Positions 48,044 through 60,455 are shown, counted from the stretch's first letter. The stretch: 64,000 nt of DNA from an uncultured Methylibium sp. (GCA_964616015.1 CAZTTC010000001.1:1098-65097), one strand, 5' to 3'. Notes: generated from the sequence alone by a model not told the origin. Numbers and translations: made by a program.

Positions 48044-50059
48044 ATGATCCATGACGCTTCATCCACGGCCTTCAGGCCATCTGAGCCTCGCGTTCCGGGC
48101 TTCTTTGCTCACCATGGTGTGTGGGCGCCGGGCGTGCGGGTGTTTCGCCAGCTGACCTTCCGCAGCAAGGCGATCCTGATCTCGGTCGTGTTCCTGGTAC
48201 CGATCGTCGCGCTGAGCCTTCAGTACCTGCGCCAGTCGAGCGACCTGCTTCGCTCCAGCGAGAACGCGAAGATCGGCATCGTCTATGCGTCTGAAGTGCT
48301 GCCACTCCTGAAGCTGCTGCAGCAACAGCGATCTGCCAGCGTTGTGCAGGGCGGTTCCGACAGCAGGGGTCCTGACGTCAAGACCACGGCCGCTGCAATC
48401 GCCGTGCAATTCAAGCGCCTGTCCGAGGTCGATGCTCGACACGGTGGTCTCTTGCACACCACGGAAGCGCTGGACGTGCTTCGCGCCAACATGGACAAGG
48501 CGACGACACAGCAGGGCGGAGCCAAGAACCTGCTGGCCGTTCACAAGCGGCAGAGTCAATCCATCGATGCCGCGCTGGCGCTGCTCGACGCTGCACTGGA
48601 CGGTTCGGGCCTGACGCTCGACTCGGACCCCGACACCAACCGCCTGATGCGCACCGGGTTGGCGCAATTGCCCAGGTTGGCTGAAGCCAGCCTGGCGGCC
48701 AATGACCTGGGGCGGGCGGCATCGAACGGCGCCGACCCGCACGCGAGTGCCAAGCTGATGTCGCCCTTTCGCGCGGTCGGCGCCTATCTCGACGGCCAGA
48801 CCCGGCTCGGATTGGACAAGTTGGTGGCAGCACATCCCGAACTGGCGCAGCGCATCGCGTACGCTGCGACCCAGGAGGCCATGTCCAAGGCGGATGAGTT
48901 GGTGAGCGGTCTCGGTGAGGAGGGCTGGACGGTCGAGCCTGCTGCGCTGGCCTCTGCCCGCTTGCCGGTGGTCGACCACGCCAGCGCGCTGCAAGCCGCC
49001 ATCGTCGCGGAACTGCAAGTCCGGCTACAGGCACGCATCGACCAGATCTGGGTCGAGCGCGGACTGCTGTTGGCGGTGCTGACGGCGGCCATGCTGCTGG
49101 CGAGCTACATGTTCCTGTCGTTCTCGCGCGTGATGCAAGGTGGGCTGAACGAGGTGCGACGCCACTTGCTCGCCATGACCGGCGGTGACCTGACCACCTC
49201 ACCCAGCCCGTGGGGCCAGGATGAGGCTGCGCGCCTGATGGTGGACTTGCGCACCATGCAGGATTCGCTGCGAGACATCGTGTCGCAGGTGCGCGTGTCG
49301 TCCGAGGGCATCGTGAACGCGAGTCTGCAGATCGCCAGCGGGGCCTCCGAGCTGTCGACCCGCACCGAGCAAACGGCGTCCTCGCTGCAGCGCTCGGCGG
49401 CTTCACTGGAGCAGATCGGTACCACGGTGCGTCAAACCGCCGTCGATGCGGGGCAAGCGACGGGCATCGGCAGGGAGAGCGCGGAGGCGGCCGTGCGGGG
49501 TGGCGATGTGATCGGCCGCGTGAACAGCACCATGCACGACATCCGGGACTCGTCGAGCAAGATCGGCGAGATCATCGGCGTCATCGACGGCATTGCATTC
49601 CAGACCAACATCCTTGCGCTCAATGCGGCTGTAGAGGCCGCTCGCGCCGGGGAGGCTGGTCGTGGGTTTGCCGTGGTGGCATCCGAAGTGCGCTCGTTGG
49701 CCCAACGCAGCGCGGCAGCGGCGCGCGAGATCAAGGCCCTGGTGGGTGGCAGCATCGAGAAGGTCAACAGCGGCGTGAGCGTGGTGCAGGACGCCAGCAC
49801 CGCCATGCACCACATCGTCTCATCGGCACAGCGCGTGAACGCCCTGCTCGATGGCATCGCCGTCGGCACGCGCGAACAGGCGCATGGCGTGACGGAGATC
49901 GGCTCTGCGGTCAGCGAAGTGGACGCCGTGACCCAGCAGAACGCAGCCTTGGTCGAAGAGACCGTCGGCGCCGCAGCGGCTCTGGAGGATCAGGCGAGGA
50001 TGTTGGTCAAGCGGGTTTCGCACTTTCGACTCCCGGAGGCTTGCGTCAACGCCGCCTGA
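48044..50059 (+). CDS. Methyl-accepting chemotaxis protein with large periplasmic domain
   Basis: Two TM segments, HAMP and [20 protein letters not shown]. Start codon uncertain. Confidence 0.9.
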   Translation: MIHDASSTAFRPSEPRVPGFFAHHGVWAPGVRVFRQLTFRSKAILISVVFLVPIVALSLQYLRQSSDLLRSSENAKIGIVYASEVLPLLKLLQQQRSASVVQGGSDSRGPDVKTTAAAIAVQFKRLSEVDARHGGLLHTTEALDVLRANMDKATTQQGGAKNLLAVHKRQSQSIDAALALLDAALDGSGLTLDSDPDTNRLMRTGLAQLPRLAEASLAANDLGRAASNGADPHASAKLMSPFRAVGAYLDGQTRLGLDKLVAAHPELAQRIAYAATQEAMSKADELVSGLGEEGWTVEPAALASARLPVVDHASALQAAIVAELQVRLQARIDQIWVERGLLLAVLTAAMLLASYMFLSFSRVMQGGLNEVRRHLLAMTGGDLTTSPSPWGQDEAARLMVDLRTMQDSLRDIVSQVRVSSEGIVNASLQIASGASELSTRTEQTASSLQRSAASLEQIGTTVRQTAVDAGQATGIGRESAEAAVRGGDVIGRVNSTMHDIRDSSSKIGEIIGVIDGIAFQTNILALNAAVEAARAGEAGRGFAVVASEVRSLAQRSAAAAREIKALVGGSIEKVNSGVSVVQDASTAMHHIVSSAQRVNALLDGIAVGTREQAHGVTEIGSAVSEVDAVTQQNAALVEETVGAAAALEDQARMLVKRVSHFRLPEACVNAA

Positions 50060-50292
50060 GCACTGCATGAGCACTGCAACGCAGGCGGCGGCGCCGTTCC
50101 ATTCATCGTGAAGAGTGCGTCTACCCGACCAGCGACGACTTTGCGGATGACGGCTCAGGGGCGGTCAACTCGCCGGTTCTAAGCCTGAAGTGGGTCGTCA
50201 GCGGTCGATTGCGCTGAATCGGCCGACAGACCTTCTTCCACTTCGAAGGACCTCACGGCGGTCGATCACCGCACGCCGCACCAGCGCGATCC

Positions 50293-52152
<1,860 letters not shown>

Positions 52153-52306
52153 GGGTGAGTCCTGTTCAAGCCGATGAATGTGCGGATGCTAGGCAGATCG
52201 ATTCGGCGTTTGTTCTCTTGTTTGCGCTAGCTGAGAGAAATTTACTCTTTGATGGTGGGATGAACGTATATTTCTCTTTTTCAGTCAATTGATTGTTCTA
52301 TTTCTC

Positions 52307-52795
52307 ATGCCTATCACTCAACTCGATGCCCTGGACCTGCAGATCCTGAGCCGCCTGCAGCGCGATGCCTCGCCTTCGCACCAGGCGCTGGGCGAGGCAC
52401 TGCAGGTGTCGACGGCCACGGCGCACCGGCGCGTGCGGCGCTTGCAGTCGCTGGGCGTGGTCGAGCGGCTCGTCGCGGTGCTGTCGCCGCAACGTCTGGC
52501 CGAAGCCGGCGCGCCGCTGCTGCAGGTTTTGCTGGAGGTCACGCTCGACGTGCAGAACCACGATCGGCTCGACGCCTTCGAGGCACGCGCCGTGGCGGAC
52601 GCCGCGGTCCAGCAGTGCTGGCGGGTGTCGCCCGGGCCTGACTTCTTGCTGGTGGTGGCCATCGCCGACATGGACGCCTACCAGGCCTTCACGGCCCGCC
52701 TGCTGACGGCCGATGCCAACGTGCGCAACGTGCGCGCCTTCTTCGCCGTCAAGCGCGCGAAGTTCGGCAGCGAACTGCCGTTGCCGGCGCGCTGA
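52307..52795 (+). CDS. Lrp/AsnC family transcriptional regulator
   Basis: LDALDLQIL..LQ.D HTH and RAM domain; divergent from glmS across an AT-rich intergenic region. Confidence 0.88.
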   Translation: MPITQLDALDLQILSRLQRDASPSHQALGEALQVSTATAHRRVRRLQSLGVVERLVAVLSPQRLAEAGAPLLQVLLEVTLDVQNHDRLDAFEARAVADAAVQQCWRVSPGPDFLLVVAIADMDAYQAFTARLLTADANVRNVRAFFAVKRAKFGSELPLPAR

Positions 52796-52816
52796 GCGCG
52801 TCGGCGGCGTGACCGC

Positions 52817-53344
52817 TCAGCGCGCGCTCGTCGGCACGTAGGCCGCGGGCCGGCCCTGCACGTGCGGCGACATGTACTCGGGCACGGCATCGCGCGCCAT
52901 CAGCAGCGTCGCCGCGCCCAGGGCAGCGGCCACCAGCAGCGACACCGCGATCGATGCGCCGAACGCCAGCCCCCAGCGCTGGCCGCGCGTGAGGTTCATG
53001 TCCCAGGCCTCGCCGAAGGGCAGGCCGTCCTCGCGCATGCTCAGCCACAGCAGCTTGAGCCGCAGGCCCAGGCCCAGCCCGTCCTCGGTCGGCTCGCGCA
53101 GTCCCAGGCGGATCTCCTCCTCGCGGATCCACTGATCGTGGGCCGCGCGCCGCGCCGGATCGAGCAGCACGTCCTGGGCCTTGTTCAAGGCGGCCAGCAC
53201 GATCTCGTGGCGCACGCTGCCTTGGTGGCGGTCGGGGTGGTACTTCTGGACCAGGGCCTTGTAGGCCGCGCGGATGACCTCCGGCGGCGCGTCCTGCGCC
53301 ACCTTGAGGCGACCGTAGTAGTGGGCGATCTTGGCGCGCGGCAT
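52817..53344 (-). CDS. J-domain (DnaJ-like) membrane protein
   Basis: HYY..L.V...A..EVIRAAYK.L..KYHPD and a C-terminal TM segment. Confidence 0.85.
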   Translation of the reverse strand: MPRAKIAHYYGRLKVAQDAPPEVIRAAYKALVQKYHPDRHQGSVRHEIVLAALNKAQDVLLDPARRAAHDQWIREEEIRLGLREPTEDGLGLGLRLKLLWLSMREDGLPFGEAWDMNLTRGQRWGLAFGASIAVSLLVAAALGAATLLMARDAVPEYMSPHVQGRPAAYVPTSAR

Positions 53345-53434
53345 GGACCGCAAATGCTAGCGGCGCCCCGGCGGTGCGCGGCGTGCAGAGTTGGCGCGCC
53401 GCGCCGCCGCCGTGTAAGCGGCGATGGCGCCGGT

Positions 53435-54817
53435 TCAGCCTTTCGGCTTGTGCGGCCGCTTCCAGCCGGCGATCGTGACCTGCCGGGCCCGCGCCACGCT
53501 CAGCTGGCCGGCCGGCGCGTCCTTGCCGATGGTGCTGCCGCCGCCGATGGTGGCGCCGTCGCCCAGCGTCACCGGCGCCACCAGCACGCAGTTGCTGCCG
53601 ACGTGCACGTCGTTGCCGATCACGGTGCGGTGCTTGTGGGCGCCGTCGTAGTTGGCGGTGATGCTGCCGGCGCCGTAGTTGACGCGCTCGCCGACCGTCG
53701 CATCGCCCAGATAGGCCAGGTGGTTGGCCTTGGCGCCACGCGCGAGCGTCGAGTTCTTGACCTCGACGAAGTTGCCGATGTGCACCTCGGGCCCGAGTTC
53801 GGCGCCCGGTCGCAGTCGCGCGAACGGGCCGATCAGCGCGCCCTCCCCGACGCCGGCGCCGTCGATGTGCGTGAAGGGATGGATGAGCGCACCGGCCGCG
53901 ATGCGGGCGTCGCGGATCACGCAGTTGGCGCCGACGCGCACGCCGTCGCCCAGGCTCACTTCGCCCTCGAACACGCAGTTGACGTCGATGTCGACGTCGT
54001 GGCCGCAGGCCAGCCGGCCGCGCAGGTCGAAGCGCGCCGGATCGGCCAGGCGCACGCCGGCGGCCATCAGCGCCTCGGCCTGCCCGCGCTGGAAGCGCCG
54101 CTCCAGGTCGGCCAGCTGCTGCGGGCTGTTGACGCCCAGCACCTCGGTCTCGTCGGCCGGCTGGGCCGCGACGACCGGCACGCCGTCGGCGACCGCCATC
54201 GCGACGATGTCGGTCAGGTAGTACTCACGCTGCGCGTTGTCGTTCTTCAGGGCCGCGAGCCAGCGCTTCAGCGCCACGGTGGGCAGCGCCATCATGCCGG
54301 TGTAGACCTCGCGGATCTCGCGCTGGGCCGGCGTCGCGTCCTTGTGCTCGACGATGCCCAGCACGCGCTCGGTTTGCACCGCATCGCGCACGATGCGGCC
54401 GTAGCCGGTGGGATCGGCCAGCGCGATGGTCAGCAGCGCGAGGCGCCGGCCCTCGCTCGCGGCGACCAGCGCCCGCGCCGTCGCCGCCTCGATCAGCGGC
54501 ACGTCGCCGTTGAGGATCAGCGTCGTGCCGGCCTCGCCGAGCAGCGGCTCGGCCTGCTGGACCGCGTGCCCGGTGCCGAGCTGCGGCTCCTGGCGCACGA
54601 AGGCCAGCGGCGCCGCGGGGAAGGCCGCGCGCATCGCCGCCTCGACCTCGGCCGCGCCATGCCCTGTGACGGTGATCAGCCTTTGCGCCCCCAGCGACGC
54701 AGCCGTGTCGAGCACGTGCTGCAATAGGGCTCGCCCGGCCAAGGTGTGCAGCACCTTCGGCCGGTTCGACTTCATCCGGGTGCCCTTGCCGGCGGCCATG
54801 ATCACGATATCCAGCAT
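53435..54817 (-). CDS. glmU: Bifunctional UDP-GlcNAc pyrophosphorylase/glucosamine-1-phosphate acetyltransferase
   Basis: [30 protein letters not shown], hexapeptide repeats and NYDG. Confidence 0.97.
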   Translation of the reverse strand: MLDIVIMAAGKGTRMKSNRPKVLHTLAGRALLQHVLDTAASLGAQRLITVTGHGAAEVEAAMRAAFPAAPLAFVRQEPQLGTGHAVQQAEPLLGEAGTTLILNGDVPLIEAATARALVAASEGRRLALLTIALADPTGYGRIVRDAVQTERVLGIVEHKDATPAQREIREVYTGMMALPTVALKRWLAALKNDNAQREYYLTDIVAMAVADGVPVVAAQPADETEVLGVNSPQQLADLERRFQRGQAEALMAAGVRLADPARFDLRGRLACGHDVDIDVNCVFEGEVSLGDGVRVGANCVIRDARIAAGALIHPFTHIDGAGVGEGALIGPFARLRPGAELGPEVHIGNFVEVKNSTLARGAKANHLAYLGDATVGERVNYGAGSITANYDGAHKHRTVIGNDVHVGSNCVLVAPVTLGDGATIGGGSTIGKDAPAGQLSVARARQVTIAGWKRPHKPKG

Positions 54818-55691
54818 GCTCGAGCTCGGGTGGTTGCGAAGGTGGAGGATTATCGCGGCCGCCTTGCTGGTGCTGGGCCTGGCGGGCTGCAGCGTGCTGC
54901 GCCTGGCGTACAGCCAGGCCGACGAGCTGGGCTTCTGGTGGCTGGACGGCTACGTCGACTTCGACGACTCGCAGTCGCCGCGCGTGCGCGACGCGATCGG
55001 ACGCTGGTTCGCCTGGCACCGACGCACCCAGCTGCCGGACTACGCCGCGCTGCTGGATCGCGCCGCCACCGAGGTACTGCAAGACACGACCGCGGCCACC
55101 ACCTGCCGCTGGTTCGCCGAGCTGCGCCAGCGCGCCGATGCCGCGGTCGAGCACGCCCTGCCCGAGGCAGCGGTGATCGCGGCCGGCTTCAGCACCGAGC
55201 AGCTGCTGCACATCGAACGACAGCAGGCCAAGAACAGGGCGGAGTTCCGGGCGGACTTCCTGCAGCCCGATCCGGCCGAGCGCCTGGCCCGCTCCGTCGA
55301 GCGCGCCACCGAGCGCGCCGAACAGCTGTACGGCCGCCTCGGCGAGCGCCAGCGTCAGCGCATCGCCCAGGGCGTCGAGGCCTCGCCCTTCGACGCCGAG
55401 CGCTGGCTGGCCGAGCGCCAGCGGCGCCACCGCGACCTGCTGACCGAGTTGCGCCGACTGCAGGGCGCCGACGCGAACGGCGGTGCACCGACCGCCGGCC
55501 TGCGCGCCTACTGGCAGCGCGTGCAGCGCTCGCCCGACGAGGCCTACCGCCGCTACCAGGACCGGCTCGAGGCCTACAACTGCGAGCTGTCGGCCCAGTT
55601 GCACAACCTGACGAGCCCGGCGCAGCGCCAGGAGGCACAGCGCCGCCTGCGCGGCTGGCAATCGGACCTGCGTCGGCTCGCCGCGCCCTAG
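54816..55691 (+). CDS. Lipoprotein (DUF6279-like)
   Basis: Lipobox LAGC; 'LAY..AD....WWLDGYVDF...WHR.TQLP.Y'. Start is ATG 54816 or TTG 54834. Confidence 0.75.
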   Translation: MLELGWLRRWRIIAAALLVLGLAGCSVLRLAYSQADELGFWWLDGYVDFDDSQSPRVRDAIGRWFAWHRRTQLPDYAALLDRAATEVLQDTTAATTCRWFAELRQRADAAVEHALPEAAVIAAGFSTEQLLHIERQQAKNRAEFRADFLQPDPAERLARSVERATERAEQLYGRLGERQRQRIAQGVEASPFDAERWLAERQRRHRDLLTELRRLQGADANGGAPTAGLRAYWQRVQRSPDEAYRRYQDRLEAYNCELSAQLHNLTSPAQRQEAQRRLRGWQSDLRRLAAP

Positions 55692-55716
55692 GCTTGGTGG
55701 CCGGTCCGCGGGCCGG

Positions 55717-56331
55717 TCAGCGCGCCGGCAGCGTGACGACCACGGAGCGCGGGTTCAGCGCCGGCATCGGGAAGTCCTTCATCGCCGCCTCGAACAGCGC
55801 CGGCAGCAGCGCCTCGGAGTTCCAGCGCCCCAGGTGGCTGGCGCGCGTCTCGTAGACGATCTGCTGGCTGGCGCGGTCGCGGATCAGGACCCCGGCCTCG
55901 CGCTGATAGTCCGGGAAGTCGGAGGCCTGGCTGTAGCCGAAGGGCGGGCCGTAGAAGAAGGGACGGCGCGGACCGTAGAACCACCAGTCGTTGCGCCAGT
56001 AGAAGTTGCTGGCGAAGGGGTCGCGGCGCACGACCTCGAAGACGCGCGCGCCGACCTGGATCAGCACCTCGGCCTGCTCGGCCGACGCGGCGCGCTTGAA
56101 GCCGGCACCTTCGATCGCCTGCAGCGCGGCCGCCTCGATGCGGTCCTGCTCGGCCGCGTTGGCCTGCTGCGAGGGCAGGCGCTCGATCGCATAGGTGCCG
56201 GGCTTGCGGCTGGCCGGCCAGCTGCCCTGGCTGGACACGTCGACCGCGACCTTGTCGATGCTGGCGCATCCGGTGATGACTGCGGTCGTGGCGGCAAGGG
56301 CCAGTGTGGCCAGCAGGCGGCGTCTTTGCAT
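55717..56331 (-). CDS. DUF4136-like lipoprotein
   Basis: Lipobox ITGC; GGAG RBS; 'L..LFEAAMKDFP' C-terminus. Confidence 0.75.
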   Translation of the reverse strand: MQRRRLLATLALAATTAVITGCASIDKVAVDVSSQGSWPASRKPGTYAIERLPSQQANAAEQDRIEAAALQAIEGAGFKRAASAEQAEVLIQVGARVFEVVRRDPFASNFYWRNDWWFYGPRRPFFYGPPFGYSQASDFPDYQREAGVLIRDRASQQIVYETRASHLGRWNSEALLPALFEAAMKDFPMPALNPRSVVVTLPAR

Positions 56332-56351
56332 GATGGTGTCTCCGGTGAGCC

Positions 56352-57302
56352 TCAGTCCTGGCCGTGCCAGCGGATCGGCGCAGAGCCGCCCGCCGGTGCG
56401 GCGCCCGCGGGCGGGGCGCAGGCCTCGTCTTCTTCGTCGAACGCCTTGTCGCCGTCCGGGTTGACGAGGCCCGTGGCTTGGAGGCCCGTGAAGGGGTAGA
56501 GGTTCCGGTCCTGCAGGTGCGAAGGCACGACGTTGGCCAGCGCCCCGGCCATGGTGTCAAGCCGCCCCGGGTGCTGGCGCTCCCAGTCGCGCAGCATCCG
56601 GGCGATCTGCTTGCGCTGCAGGTTCTCCTGGCTGCCGCACAGCGTGCACGGGATGATCGGGAACTGCCGGTGGGCGGCCCAGGCCTCGAGGTCGTGCTCG
56701 GGCACGTAGGCCAGCGGGCGGATCACCACGTGCCGGCCGTCGTCGCTGACCAGCTTGGGCGGCATGCTCTTGAGCTTGCCACCGAAGAATATGTTGAGGA
56801 AGAAGGTCTGCAGCATGTCGTCGCGGTGGTGGCCGAGAGCGACCTTGGTGGCCCCCAGCTCGCTGGCGACGCGGTAGAGGATGCCGCGCCGCAGCCGCGA
56901 GCACAGGCTGCACATCGTCTTGCCCTCGGGCACGAGACGCTTGACGATGGAGTAGGTGTCCTGGTTCTCGATGCGGAAGTCGATGCCGCGCCCGGCCAGG
57001 TAGCGCGGCAGCACCTCGGCCGGAAAGCCCGGCTGCTTCTGGTCGAGGTTGACGGCGACCAGCGAGAACTCGACCGGCGCGCGCTTGTGCAGGTTGAGCA
57101 GGATGTCCAGCAGCGCGTAGCTGTCCTTGCCCCCCGACACGCAGACCATGACCTTGTCGCCGGGCTCGATCATGGCGAAGTCGCCGATGGCCTGCCCGAC
57201 GAGGCGGTGCAGGCGCTTGCTGAGCTTGTTGGCCTCGAAGGCAGCCTTGGTGGCAGCGCGGCCGGCCGGGGCGGCAGGCCGCGGATCGATCACGGCGCTC
57301 AT
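56352..57302 (-). CDS. ttcA: tRNA 2-thiocytidine(32) synthetase
   Basis: PP-loop [22 protein letters not shown] and PCTLCGSQ. Confidence 0.96.
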   Translation of the reverse strand: MSAVIDPRPAAPAGRAATKAAFEANKLSKRLHRLVGQAIGDFAMIEPGDKVMVCVSGGKDSYALLDILLNLHKRAPVEFSLVAVNLDQKQPGFPAEVLPRYLAGRGIDFRIENQDTYSIVKRLVPEGKTMCSLCSRLRRGILYRVASELGATKVALGHHRDDMLQTFFLNIFFGGKLKSMPPKLVSDDGRHVVIRPLAYVPEHDLEAWAAHRQFPIIPCTLCGSQENLQRKQIARMLRDWERQHPGRLDTMAGALANVVPSHLQDRNLYPFTGLQATGLVNPDGDKAFDEEDEACAPPAGAAPAGGSAPIRWHGQD

Positions 57303-57700
57303 GCCTGACTCTCCTTCAGGTGGAAGACCTCGACGCCGACCGCCGCGCAGTCGGCATAGACGTCGGGCTTGCTCGTCGCCACGCGCACGGCGCGCACCTG
57401 CGGGTGGGCCAGCATGCGCGCCGCGATGTCGTCACACAGCGTCTCCTGCAGGCCCACGTGGCCCTGGGCCACGCGCTCGGCGATCACCGTGCGGATGAAG
57501 TCGTAGTCCACGACCTCGTCGAGGCGGTCGTGGCGCGGCGTCGACGCGGCCAGCGGCACGAACAGGTCCACGTCGATCAGCAGCCGCTGCGGACCGTGGC
57601 GCTCGAAGTCGTGGATGCCGATGCGCACCGCCAGCTCGTAGGCTTGCAGAAAGACCCGGCGGCAGCCGGCCAGCTGCGGGTGCAGCAGCGGACTCGTCAC
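57299..57700 (-). CDS. folB: Dihydroneopterin aldolase
   Basis: IGIHDFE...QRL.IDV, VVDYD, LQETL and KPDVY. Confidence 0.88.
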   Translation of the reverse strand: MTSPLLHPQLAGCRRVFLQAYELAVRIGIHDFERHGPQRLLIDVDLFVPLAASTPRHDRLDEVVDYDFIRTVIAERVAQGHVGLQETLCDDIAARMLAHPQVRAVRVATSKPDVYADCAAVGVEVFHLKESQA

Positions 57701-57701
57701 C

Positions 57702-58481
57702 TCAGGCCCCCTGGCGCGCCAGAAACAGCACGTCACGCGGCTGCGCCGCGAGATGCTGGCCGCCATCGACCAGCAGGCTGGTGCCGGTGATCGCCGGCGA
57801 CTCGATCAGGAAGCGCACCGCGCGGGCCACGTCCTCGGGGGTCGACGCGCGCTGCAGCGGCGTCATCGCGTGCGAACGCGCGAACTCGGCCTCGGTCATC
57901 GGGCCCGAGGGTAGCGTCACGCCGGGCGCGACGCCGACGACGCGCAGGACCGGCGCCAAGGCCTGCGCCAGCAGCGTCGTGGCGGCCTCGAGCGCGGCCT
58001 TGGACAGCGTGTAGGAGAGGTGGTCCGGGTTGGGATTCCACAGCTTCTGATCGAGCAGGTTGACGACGCAGCCGCGCCGGTCCGCGGCCTTCAGGTGCTC
58101 GAACAGGCCGCGCGCCAGCAGCAGCGGGGCGGCGGTGTTGACCTGCCAGTGCGCGGCCATCGAGGCCTGGCTGAAGTCGGCGACGCTGTCGTACTCGAAC
58201 ACCGAGGCGTTGTTGACGACCGCATCGACGCGACCCATCGTCGCCGCGACCGTCGGCAGCAGCTCGCGGCACGCCGCCTCGTCGGCCAGGTCGGCGACGA
58301 AGGCCTCGGCGCGGGCCCCGAGCCCACGCAGCTCGCGGAGCGTCGCGTTCACCTCGTCGCCGAGGCGATGCCCATGGACCGCCACGTCGTGACCGTGGCT
58401 CGCCAGCTCGAGCGCGATCGCCCGGCCGACGCGACGGGCCGAGCCGGTGACCAGAACGACGGGGCGCGGGGGGGCATTCAT
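57702..58481 (-). CDS. SDR oxidoreductase (FolM/pteridine reductase-like)
   Basis: TGSARRVG, VNNAS, YTLSK and VDGG; adjacent to folB. Confidence 0.85.
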   Translation of the reverse strand: MNAPPRPVVLVTGSARRVGRAIALELASHGHDVAVHGHRLGDEVNATLRELRGLGARAEAFVADLADEAACRELLPTVAATMGRVDAVVNNASVFEYDSVADFSQASMAAHWQVNTAAPLLLARGLFEHLKAADRRGCVVNLLDQKLWNPNPDHLSYTLSKAALEAATTLLAQALAPVLRVVGVAPGVTLPSGPMTEAEFARSHAMTPLQRASTPEDVARAVRFLIESPAITGTSLLVDGGQHLAAQPRDVLFLARQGA

Positions 58482-58501
58482 GCCTGCGGGACAATCGGTG
58501 C

Positions 58502-59647
58502 GTGGAAACGACGCTCGTCAGTGTAGCCAGCGCCCCTGCGACGACGCCGTGCGGGGACTTGGCCCGGCGCATCGCGGACGAGATCGACCGCGCCGGCGGC
58601 TGGATCGGCTTCGAGCGCTACATGGAGCTGGCGCTCTACGCGCCCGGCCTCGGTTACTACGCGCGCGGTGACCGCCAGTTCGGCACGTTGCCGGGCTCGG
58701 GCAGCGACTTCGTCACCGCGCCCGAGCTGAGCCCGCTGTTCGGCCGCGCGCTGGCACGCCAGCTCGCGCAGGCCCTGGCCGCCACGGGCACGCGCGAGGT
58801 CTGGGAGTTCGGCGCGGGCTCGGGGGCGCTGGCCGCGCAGTTGCTGGACGCGCTGGGCGGGCAGATCGACCGCTACGTGATCGTCGACCTGTCGGGCGCG
58901 CTGCGCCAGCGGCAGCAGCGCACGCTCGCCGCCCGCGTGCCGGCGCACGCGGCCAAGGCCGTCTGGCTGGACCGCCTGCCGACCAGGATCGAGGGCGTGG
59001 TGGTCGGCAACGAGGTGCTCGACGCGATGCCGGTGGCGCTGCTGCACTTCGACGGCCTGCAATGGCTGGAGCGCGGCGTCGCGCTCGGCACCGAAGGCCG
59101 CTTCGTCTTCGCCGACCGGCCGACGACGCTGCGCCCTCCACTGTCAACGCAGGCAGTGCCCGGCACCACGACCGAATTGCAACGCCAGGGCGAGGCCTTC
59201 GTGCGCACGGTGGCATCGACGCTCGGGTGCGGTGCCGCGTTCTTCATCGACTACGGCTTCCCAGAAGCCGAGTTCCACCACCCGCAGCGCACCGGCGGCA
59301 CGCTGATGTGCCATCGCGCGCACCGGGCCGACGCCGACCCCCTGGCCGATCCGGGCCAGAAGGACATCACGGCGCATGTCGACTTCACCGGCATCGCGCT
59401 GGCCGGCCAGGACACCGGCCTGGCGGTACTGGGCTACACCAGCCAGGCGCGCTTCCTGATCAACTGCGGCCTGCCAGCGGACCTCGAGGCGGCGGTGACG
59501 GCGGGCGACTGGCGCACGGTCGCGGCAGCGCAGAAGCTGCTGAACGAGCACGAGATGGGCGAGCTCTTCAAGGTGATCGGCTTTGCAGCCGGCACGCCCT
59601 TCGAGGCCATCGGCTTTGCCGACGGCGACCGCAGCCACCGGCTCTGA
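58502..59647 (+). CDS. SAM-dependent methyltransferase, MidA/NDUFAF7 family
   Basis: F..YMELALYAPGLGYY, DFVTAPELS, EFGAGSG, NEVLDA, IDYG, DITAHVDF and MGELFKV. Confidence 0.92.
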   Translation: METTLVSVASAPATTPCGDLARRIADEIDRAGGWIGFERYMELALYAPGLGYYARGDRQFGTLPGSGSDFVTAPELSPLFGRALARQLAQALAATGTREVWEFGAGSGALAAQLLDALGGQIDRYVIVDLSGALRQRQQRTLAARVPAHAAKAVWLDRLPTRIEGVVVGNEVLDAMPVALLHFDGLQWLERGVALGTEGRFVFADRPTTLRPPLSTQAVPGTTTELQRQGEAFVRTVASTLGCGAAFFIDYGFPEAEFHHPQRTGGTLMCHRAHRADADPLADPGQKDITAHVDFTGIALAGQDTGLAVLGYTSQARFLINCGLPADLEAAVTAGDWRTVAAAQKLLNEHEMGELFKVIGFAAGTPFEAIGFADGDRSHRL

Positions 59648-59650
59648 CAC

Positions 59651-59845
59651 ATGCTGCGCTGGCTGCTCGTCGTGGTGCTGGCCCTGGTGGTCTTCAACCT
59701 GCTGCGCCCCTGGCTGGAGCGGGTCGGCCTCGGCCGCCTGCCGGGCGACCTGCAGTTCCGGCTGGGCGGTCGCCTGTGGTCGCTGCCGATCGCCAGCACG
59801 CTGGTGCTGAGCCTGATCGCGATGCTGATCGGCCTGCTGCTCTGA
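59651..59845 (+). CDS. DUF2905 family small membrane protein
   Basis: GLGRLPGD motif flanked by TM helices. Confidence 0.85.
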   Translation: MLRWLLVVVLALVVFNLLRPWLERVGLGRLPGDLQFRLGGRLWSLPIASTLVLSLIAMLIGLLL

Positions 59846-59854
59846 GGCGCCGCG

Positions 59855-60253
59855 TCAGCGCGAAATCAGCCAGCCCTGCCCGCACTGGCGGCAGCACACG
59901 CTGACGGCGTCGCGTGCCGGCTGCTGATCGGCCGTCACGTCGAAGCGCGCATAGGTCTGGCATCGGGGGCAGACGGCCTGGTTGGCAACGGTCTCGGCGT
60001 TCATCAGCCGGTAGAGGTAGCGCCGCAACGCCCAGCCGCCGATCAGTGCCGACAGCAGCACCGCCAGCAGGGCCGTCAGTTGATCGAACCACGGATCCTG
60101 GCGGCTGTAGACCTCGAAGCCGCCCAGCAGACCCAGCGCGGACAGCACCGTCAGCACGAGGTGGGCATGACCGGAGATGAGCTCGCGCTCGTACCACTTG
60201 CGGAATCCGCGCCGGCGGATGCCTTCGCTGAGCTCGGAACGCCACGTGCCCAT
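59855..60253 (-). CDS. Hypothetical membrane protein with C-terminal Zn-ribbon
   Basis: GFRKWYEREL, two TM segments, CPRC...CRQC. Confidence 0.75.
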   Translation of the reverse strand: MGTWRSELSEGIRRRGFRKWYERELISGHAHLVLTVLSALGLLGGFEVYSRQDPWFDQLTALLAVLLSALIGGWALRRYLYRLMNAETVANQAVCPRCQTYARFDVTADQQPARDAVSVCCRQCGQGWLISR

Positions 60254-60344
60254 CACCCCCCCCGCTCGGCCTGCATCTGGACCGGGCCGATGCTGGCACA
60301 AACGGCCGGCTGGCGCTGCGTGACCCGCTATACTCCCGGGCCTT

Positions 60345-60421
<77 letters not shown>

Positions 60422-60455
60422 AGACAAGGTCCGTCGGCTTCCGCCAAGGTCCACG

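Noticed and set aside
50060..50292. Tn7 insertion at attTn7 downstream of glmS
   Set aside because: No TGT-initiated Tn7 end, no TnsB-site array and no tns genes seen.
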